From a virus (taxonomy: Duplodnaviria > Caudoviricetes), in IMG/VR virus record IMGVR_UViG_3300014501_000018, positions 1 through 62,596 of that record: 62,596 nucleotides of DNA. One strand, written 5' to 3'. Below the pieces are notes generated by a model that worked only from the letters and a program-made list of their open reading frames with translations, was not told where the DNA came from and searched no databases. The stretch's first letter is position 1. Each line of letters opens with the position of its first letter. Made by a program: the position numbers and the translations under genes. Positions 57,656-62,596 of this stretch are shown here, piece by piece.

Positions 57656-57700
57656 CGAATATCTACTCTTTCAATTCCCCAAAGTCAATACCCCAATACA

Positions 57701-57736
57701 AAACAAAAAGCCGCCCCGTTAAGAGCGGCCTTTGTG
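57701..57736 (-). terminator. Rho-independent terminator
   Basis: ggccgctc-ttaac-ggggcggct followed by ttttgtttt, after ORF 57752-57979. Confidence 0.75.
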
Positions 57737-57751
57737 TCGTGTTGACGGGTG

Positions 57752-58576
57752 CTATGCACGTTGTCCCAATTCGCAAGCTTCCCACAATTCCACAAACGTT
57801 GACGCCTTGCTTGCCGCGATTCGTTGCTTGATCTCGCCACGCCCGAAGTGCGGCTTGATTTGATTAAAAAGCATTCGTGTCGCGTCTTGCTGAAACGAAT
57901 TAGGAAGCGCCGACCAGTCGCGACGGTTTATCGCGTCAGTTATAAGCTTTTCCACCCATGTCTGGATTTGCACTTCCATGTTATGCGCTCAAATGCCAAG
58001 CACTCCGCGCCGCCTCGCGCAGATCGTGCAAACGCCGCAGTTCCGATCCTTCCTCACCTTTGCCGCGAGGCTCATAGCGTGCCTGGCCGGCATCCTTGCC
58101 GAACTTGCGCTGTAGTTCTTCCGCCCACCTATCATCGGCGCTTTGGAACGTCTTAAGTTCTGGCGTGTATGGAAAGGCTTTATTGCTCATTTGCTTTTCC
58201 CCTATCCCTTAATCCCACGACCTGGATTGATCGTGGGATATTGCTTGTTTACTCTTTCACTTTGAGGGAGTCAAGCACGCTTAATAACCATTTCATCGCC
58301 GTCGAAAGCCTTAACCGTGTTCAGCCCTTGGTGCGAAAAATCGTACCGCACAAACCAAGCATGATCCTTCTGCATCACGCTGTAACCTAAATCGAACTGC
58401 CGAGCCGCTTGGTTCATCTTACGTTTTGTCGTTACTGATTTCCAACCGCCAGTCCGCAGAATAATGCACTCATGATCAAATTCCACGATTGGCGTCGAGT
58501 GGTAAGTGACCGTCGTGTTGCCATTCTTATATCCCACCGTCGTCGCGTAGTTCGAAAGCTTATTCATGCGAGGCAT
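57752..58576 (-). other. Three small early-type genes (57752-57979, 57981-58190, 58271-58576)
   Basis: Two have GATAGGGG leaders and upstream sigma70-type promoters. Confidence 0.65.
58246..58274 (-). promoter_or_regulatory. Promoter TTGACT-17-TAAACA with TGAAAGAG box
   Basis: Same architecture at 57660-57688 and 58622-58650. Confidence 0.7.
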
Positions 58577-58621
58577 AACTTCCCCCTATCTATTTTGCGG
58601 CAAAATCGCCGCGTGACAATT

Positions 58622-58650
58622 CATATACTCTTTCAATTATTGGGTGTCAA
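58622..58650 (-). promoter_or_regulatory. Promoter TTGACA-17-TATATG with TGAAAGAG box
   Basis: Third copy of the motif. Confidence 0.7.
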
Positions 58651-58664
58651 GCCCGCCCCGTCGT

Positions 58665-58865
58665 GACGGGTGTGAAGCGTGAAGGGTTTTTTTCACATCG
58701 CTAGCTTTTATTATATATCGCGTATGTACCATTTTAGGTTAACAAGAAATTGTAGCCACGTAATAATTTACTAATATCTATTCATACTATTCACACTATT
58801 CAATAATATAATAAAAACAATGGTTTCTGCGTGAACAGTCTGTGAAGGCTGTGAAGGGTTTTTAG
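58665..58865. other. Candidate replication origin
   Basis: Strongly AT-rich non-coding tract after the primase gene; GTGAAG repeats at both ends and CTATTCA x3 inside. Confidence 0.6.
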
Positions 58866-61237
58866 TCGCTATTCCAGTTTTTGGCCTCGTTGTCCCAATT
58901 CCATTTTCCGTATTTATTTTCCCAGTGCGCGCGGTGCTCCAAAAGCGGCTTTAATCGCCACTGATTCCCGTTTCTGCGGTGTAACCGTTCACCGCCCATG
59001 TCCCCCACAAAGCGCCCAATTCGGGTTGCGTTTGCATCTATGGCACGGGGGGCAAAATCGCGCATCATGTTCAAAAGTGCGGTGCTCGTTACCTCGTCGG
59101 TCTCGACGTTTCCAGGGTGTGTTTTGAGAAATGGCATCCACCCATTCTGCAGCACGCTCTCCCACCATTCCGCGATAGGCGGCAACGACCTGGCTTTCTG
59201 GAGCTGGAGCGCCGCGGTGCGGATAATCTGGCGCGGGTGCCAGTCGCCTAGATCGAAATGCAATAAATCGTGGAGCATCGCCGCCAAGCCACCAGTCGCC
59301 ACCTCGTTATGGAGTGCATCAAAATACGCTTGATTGCCTATCTGGTCCGGCGCCACATCAAACACCGCATAGCGTCGCTCGTCGTGCGAGGCCGGCACGG
59401 CCCACTCGGCATTTGCGGTCATAAGCAGATGCAGCCGATTTTCCCATTGCGTCGCGTCGACGCCCTTTTGCTCGATCATCATCACTGGCTCGGTAATGAT
59501 CGCCTTGAGTGTAGCCTCACCTTGCTTGTCGCCTGCCCAGAACGCTTCATCGGCGTACAGCAAAAGGCAATTGCGCATGTGTGCGTTGAAAGAGCCAATA
59601 AGGTGTTTTTGGTGCGAGACGTGCAGACCGTGCTGCCCGAAGATTTTGCGCAACGCATTGGCGAACGTGCCTTTGCCGCTACCTTTGCCGCCGCGGAACA
59701 CCAACGCCGCTTCCGCGCGCTGCCCGGGGTTTTGCACGCACCATGCCGCGAAGCGCAAAATGTACTCGGCCGAGGCACGATCGCCACCGGCCAGCACAAA
59801 GCCGATATGGCGCCGCATCAGCGTCCACTCGCCTGCAGCGGGCTCGACCGCGAAGCCGGTCCAGAGATTGAGCACGTTACCCGGCAGCACTGCCGGCGCG
59901 CCTGGCACCAGATCCAGGCCTTCGAACGAACGGCGGTGCGGCCAGCTCGTCCAGTATGCGCCAATAGGTCGCATCTTATCCTCGACCTTAACGTAGCGGT
60001 GCGCGTAGCGTTCGTGAAACGACTTGAACGTCTGGAACGAGGGGATTTTGACGGCCGAGTCGGCTTTGCTCGATACCCACGACATCACCATGCACTTGCC
60101 GCCGAGGTCGCCGATTGTCTGATAATGCTGGTTCAGTTCTATAAGCGGGTTGCCTGGCACCTGCCCCGCGAACTCGGGCGCGGCTTGATTAAACTGTTCC
60201 GCAAACTGTGGTAAGCTAGCGTGACCATTGACCTTTTCGGGGGTTGCCTCTTGCGCCCAGCCGAGGTCCATCGCGGCTTTGTAAATGGATGCAACAGTCG
60301 CCCTAGAGCCTTGATAATCCCGATTAAATCCCGCCCACCGTTTCTCTAAATCAGCGCGTCCTTTGTAACCGCCGTCACCCGCTACCAGCGGGTCGCCCTT
60401 GCTGGTCCGCGACCATTCATCCCAAATTTCAAGCCCATAGTCGGTCCCGTTAACAATCCACTTCAAGTCATGAAGCGCCGCGCCAAACGAAAACCACGTC
60501 GCCCCGTCGATAGCGGCGTCGATGACCGCAAGTGCCGATCGGAGCCTGTTTGCTTCCGCTTTGGTGAATGGAACGGCCGTTGCCGTGAGATTGGCGACGG
60601 ATCGAGCGGCCAAGCCGCGGCCGGGGCGCGCTGGGTCTCTTGCCGCATTGACTTTTAAGTCAACTAACCCTGCGCTCGGCGGTGCTGCCTGCCTGGCGCT
60701 ACCCTTCCTGCTGGAGACCCACAGCGCGACCCATGCGGGGGCGTCGGCGAGCGGGATCGAAGCGTCTATCCATTGGTACAGCGCGCCGGAAGGGTGCACT
60801 GACGGCGGCAGGACGACATAACCGGAGCTGCCTCGCACGTCGAGATGCTCGCCTTTCACTTGGCTCGATCGAACGCCTGTGCCACGGTAATAGAGGTGTA
60901 GGCCGCCGTCGCGGCCGGTCTTGGCGGTGAGGGTACGGGGCAGCGGCCAAGCGCCGTAGGATCGCGCTACCGCTTCGAGCTGAATGAGCCCCTCGGGACC
61001 ATCAACGTCGAGCACGACAAGCCCGCTGGCGCCGGTACTCAGCCCGATGTTTGCTTGCGGCGTTGCCGACCACCAACGCTCGATCTGGCCCAGATCCGCC
61101 GTAGCGTCTAAAAATCCCTTGCCGCCATTTTTCTTACTTATTAACGGAAGTTTGGAGCGAGGCGCTAAACCAAAGACGCACCATGATCGACTCGCGTATT
61201 GTAGTGCATAATCAACGAGGGCCATGCCGGGGCTCAT
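58862..61237 (-). CDS. Primase-helicase: Prim-Pol + PriCT-2 + C-terminal NTPase
   Basis: NIGL.TG..GLVVLDVD, GGLHLYY, DVRG..GYVV.PPS.H; W...G.ALH...WDEWS; GGKGSGKGT, YADE. Confidence 0.9.
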   Translation of the reverse strand: MSPGMALVDYALQYASRSWCVFGLAPRSKLPLISKKNGGKGFLDATADLGQIERWWSATPQANIGLSTGASGLVVLDVDGPEGLIQLEAVARSYGAWPLPRTLTAKTGRDGGLHLYYRGTGVRSSQVKGEHLDVRGSSGYVVLPPSVHPSGALYQWIDASIPLADAPAWVALWVSSRKGSARQAAPPSAGLVDLKVNAARDPARPGRGLAARSVANLTATAVPFTKAEANRLRSALAVIDAAIDGATWFSFGAALHDLKWIVNGTDYGLEIWDEWSRTSKGDPLVAGDGGYKGRADLEKRWAGFNRDYQGSRATVASIYKAAMDLGWAQEATPEKVNGHASLPQFAEQFNQAAPEFAGQVPGNPLIELNQHYQTIGDLGGKCMVMSWVSSKADSAVKIPSFQTFKSFHERYAHRYVKVEDKMRPIGAYWTSWPHRRSFEGLDLVPGAPAVLPGNVLNLWTGFAVEPAAGEWTLMRRHIGFVLAGGDRASAEYILRFAAWCVQNPGQRAEAALVFRGGKGSGKGTFANALRKIFGQHGLHVSHQKHLIGSFNAHMRNCLLLYADEAFWAGDKQGEATLKAIITEPVMMIEQKGVDATQWENRLHLLMTANAEWAVPASHDERRYAVFDVAPDQIGNQAYFDALHNEVATGGLAAMLHDLLHFDLGDWHPRQIIRTAALQLQKARSLPPIAEWWESVLQNGWMPFLKTHPGNVETDEVTSTALLNMMRDFAPRAIDANATRIGRFVGDMGGERLHRRNGNQWRLKPLLEHRAHWENKYGKWNWDNEAKNWNSD

Positions 61238-61277
61238 CCACTTGACGAGATGGAGCGTTCTCGGCTAGGCTCGTGAG

Positions 61278-61345
61278 GTCCTGTCTCCACCCCACGTTCC
61301 TCCCGGAACGCACGCCCTCGGCCTTCACCAGCCGGGGGCGTTTTG
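61278..61345 (+). ncRNA. Candidate ~70-nt counter-transcript upstream of the primase gene
   Basis: TTGACG-18-TAGGCT at 61242-61271; cgttcc-tccc-ggaacg hairpin; 11-bp terminator stem plus T run. Confidence 0.55.
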
Positions 61346-61472
61346 TTATGGTTGTCTCATTTCGTAAATCCGTCAAGAGATTTCAGAGGCTTACGCGATA
61401 ATTGCATTTTACTCTTTACAAAGGCATTGAGGCGTGTCATAAGGTCCGTTATCGAGAAAAAGGGGATAGGAC

Positions 61473-61790
61473 ATGGACCAGGACAAATTCGAGACGCCGG
61501 TTGTTTTCCGCAAAGATCGCAAGAAAAATCCGGAGATCACGGCTGTCATGCCGTGCGAGCCGGCCGATGTTGCTGGCCACTATATGACTTGTTACGTGCA
61601 CGTCGGGCAGCATGGTTCATGTGGGATGCAGTGGTATCACGGCACGCGCGCTGCGAAGCCCAGTGAGTACGCTGATCTGCTCGCGGAGTTGATCGGTCTC
61701 GGCTACAAGCCAAAAGTTTACAAGCGCATTCAGCCGGCGCACCGCAATGCTTTCAACGCCGAAGTTGATCGGCTGCGTAAGCGCGCATGA
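61473..61790 (+). CDS. Hypothetical protein
   Basis: GGGGATAGGA leader; V.FRK...CY.HVGQH...A.P.EY..LL.EL...GY. Confidence 0.72.
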   Translation: MDQDKFETPVVFRKDRKKNPEITAVMPCEPADVAGHYMTCYVHVGQHGSCGMQWYHGTRAAKPSEYADLLAELIGLGYKPKVYKRIQPAHRNAFNAEVDRLRKRA

Positions 61791-61969
61791 CCCGCTCAGA
61801 AATTTGCAAACGCAAAGCCCTTTGGGCTGAACGCAAGTGCAATGAAGCCGCGGCTTCCGACAAGCCGTGGGCGTTGCGCAATCTGCGACTCTATCAAAAC
61901 TACGCCTCGCGTTTTTGGGGCGAGTATTTTACTGAATTAAAATTGGGAGATATAAAATGCAAATCGTAG
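61787..61969 (+). CDS. Small hypothetical protein
   Basis: ATGA-coupled. Confidence 0.55.
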   Translation: MTRSEICKRKALWAERKCNEAAASDKPWALRNLRLYQNYASRFWGEYFTELKLGDIKCKS

Positions 61970-62596
61970 TCAATGCTGAACGCCTTGCCAAAATCACAAA
62001 ACTATATTCAGGTTCGCACAACCCGAACGGCAAAATGTGTGCTATGGAAGCTGTGGCCTACGTAGCCGGCGAGCCATGGTCGGATCATCCCGAATGTGCT
62101 TGTCCTGTCATCGGCGCGTTCATGCGCGCGTGGAACGACGCACTGTCCGACGCGGATCGTGACCGATTGCTCTTGCCGCTCATTCCTCGGCTTGTTGGTA
62201 CGAAGGGTAGCAAAAAACTGGAAGCGCGCCGTGCTACGATGTCGGCCGACTGGTATGTACGGGTGCAAGTGCCGGCTTGGCTACGTCTCGCTGGCCTAAC
62301 TGAGCACGCCAACAAACTCGCTGCGTTTCCTGAAATCACAAGTTTTGCCAAAACGCCGTCGATCTTAGCAGCGCTTCAATCCGCTCAAAAAGATTCGAGC
62401 GCGGCAGAGAGCGCGGCATGGAGCGCGGCAGAGAGCGCGGCATGGAGCGCGGCATGGAGCGCGGCAAGGAGCGCGGCAGAGAGCGCGGCATGGAGCGCGG
62501 CAGAGAGCGCGGCATGGAGCGCGGCATGGAGCGCGGCAAGGAGCGCGGCAGAGAGCGCGGCATGGAGCGCGGCAGAGAGCGCGGCGAATAAAAAGC
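61957..62596 (+). CDS. Cys/His-motif protein with SAA(E/W/R) tetrapeptide repeats; continues to 194 after circularisation
   Basis: GGGAG Shine-Dalgarno; GSH...CAMEAVAYVAGEPWSDHPECACPVI...WND; open to the window end, so missed by the ORF track. Confidence 0.82.
   Translation, partial: MQIVVNAERLAKITKLYSGSHNPNGKMCAMEAVAYVAGEPWSDHPECACPVIGAFMRAWNDALSDADRDRLLLPLIPRLVGTKGSKKLEARRATMSADWYVRVQVPAWLRLAGLTEHANKLAAFPEITSFAKTPSILAALQSAQKDSSAAESAAWSAAESAAWSAAWSAARSAAESAAWSAAESAAWSAAWSAARSAAESAAWSAAESAANKK
62398..62589 (+). repeat. 12-bp tandem repeat AGCGCGGCA-NNN x16
   Basis: Variable triplet GAG/TGG/AGG; 72-bp higher-order unit (E W E W W R) twice. Confidence 0.95.
62474..62596. repeat. Terminal direct repeat (right copy)
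   Basis: Identical to 1-123. Confidence 0.93.

Noticed and set aside
62336-62563. Minus-strand ORF (PRSL/PRSM)n
   Set aside because: Antisense shadow of the SAAx repeat; the plus frame has a Shine-Dalgarno, a complex N-terminal domain and coupling to the next gene.
62398-62589. CRISPR-like array or telomere-like repeat at the window ends
   Set aside because: Units are 12 bp with only a 3-nt variable part, in frame within an ORF; no spacers, and the only Cas-like gene is a Cas4-like nuclease in a replication context.
1-62596. tRNA, rRNA, tape measure, tail sheath, RNA polymerase, ParA
   Set aside because: None recognised by eye; tRNAscan-SE and HMM searches would be needed to exclude them formally.

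Overview
The window looks like a complete, circularly closing ~62.5-kb dsDNA phage genome. Bases 1-123 repeat 62474-62596, and one ORF reads in frame across the join, giving a unit length of 62,473 bp. The virion is probably podovirus-like: there is no tape measure gene, but there are adaptor/nozzle genes and three ejection-type proteins. The host is probably alphaproteobacterial (inference from promoter style and gene content). Layout: + strand replication/recombination arm at 0.2-9.8 kb (family A polymerase, Cas4-like nuclease, VRR-NUC, SNF2 helicase, HNH); a small-gene array at 9.8-14.8 kb; a long - strand arm with DnaJ and small genes, a sugar-modification cluster around a serine recombinase (45-53 kb), terminase, portal, capsid, tail, ejection proteins, a fibre-like module and lysis; and primase-helicase plus a candidate origin and regulatory RNAs at 57-61.5 kb. 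Most notable: (1) fibre-like, disulfide-patterned proteins with Sec signal peptides in the virion operon, one sharing its mature N-terminal motif with a Cys-free cytoplasmic neighbour, suggesting fibres matured in the periplasm; (2) a transposase-less IS1595-like cassette with TIRs and an 8-bp TSD, carrying a PAPS-reductase-family gene and splitting a phage gene; (3) a GT75/GT-A/epimerase/TPR-GT9/FkbM glycosylation pathway; (4) candidate small RNAs, a repeated palindromic operator, a repeated promoter motif and several leaderless genes. All family calls come from motifs read by eye; no database searches were run.
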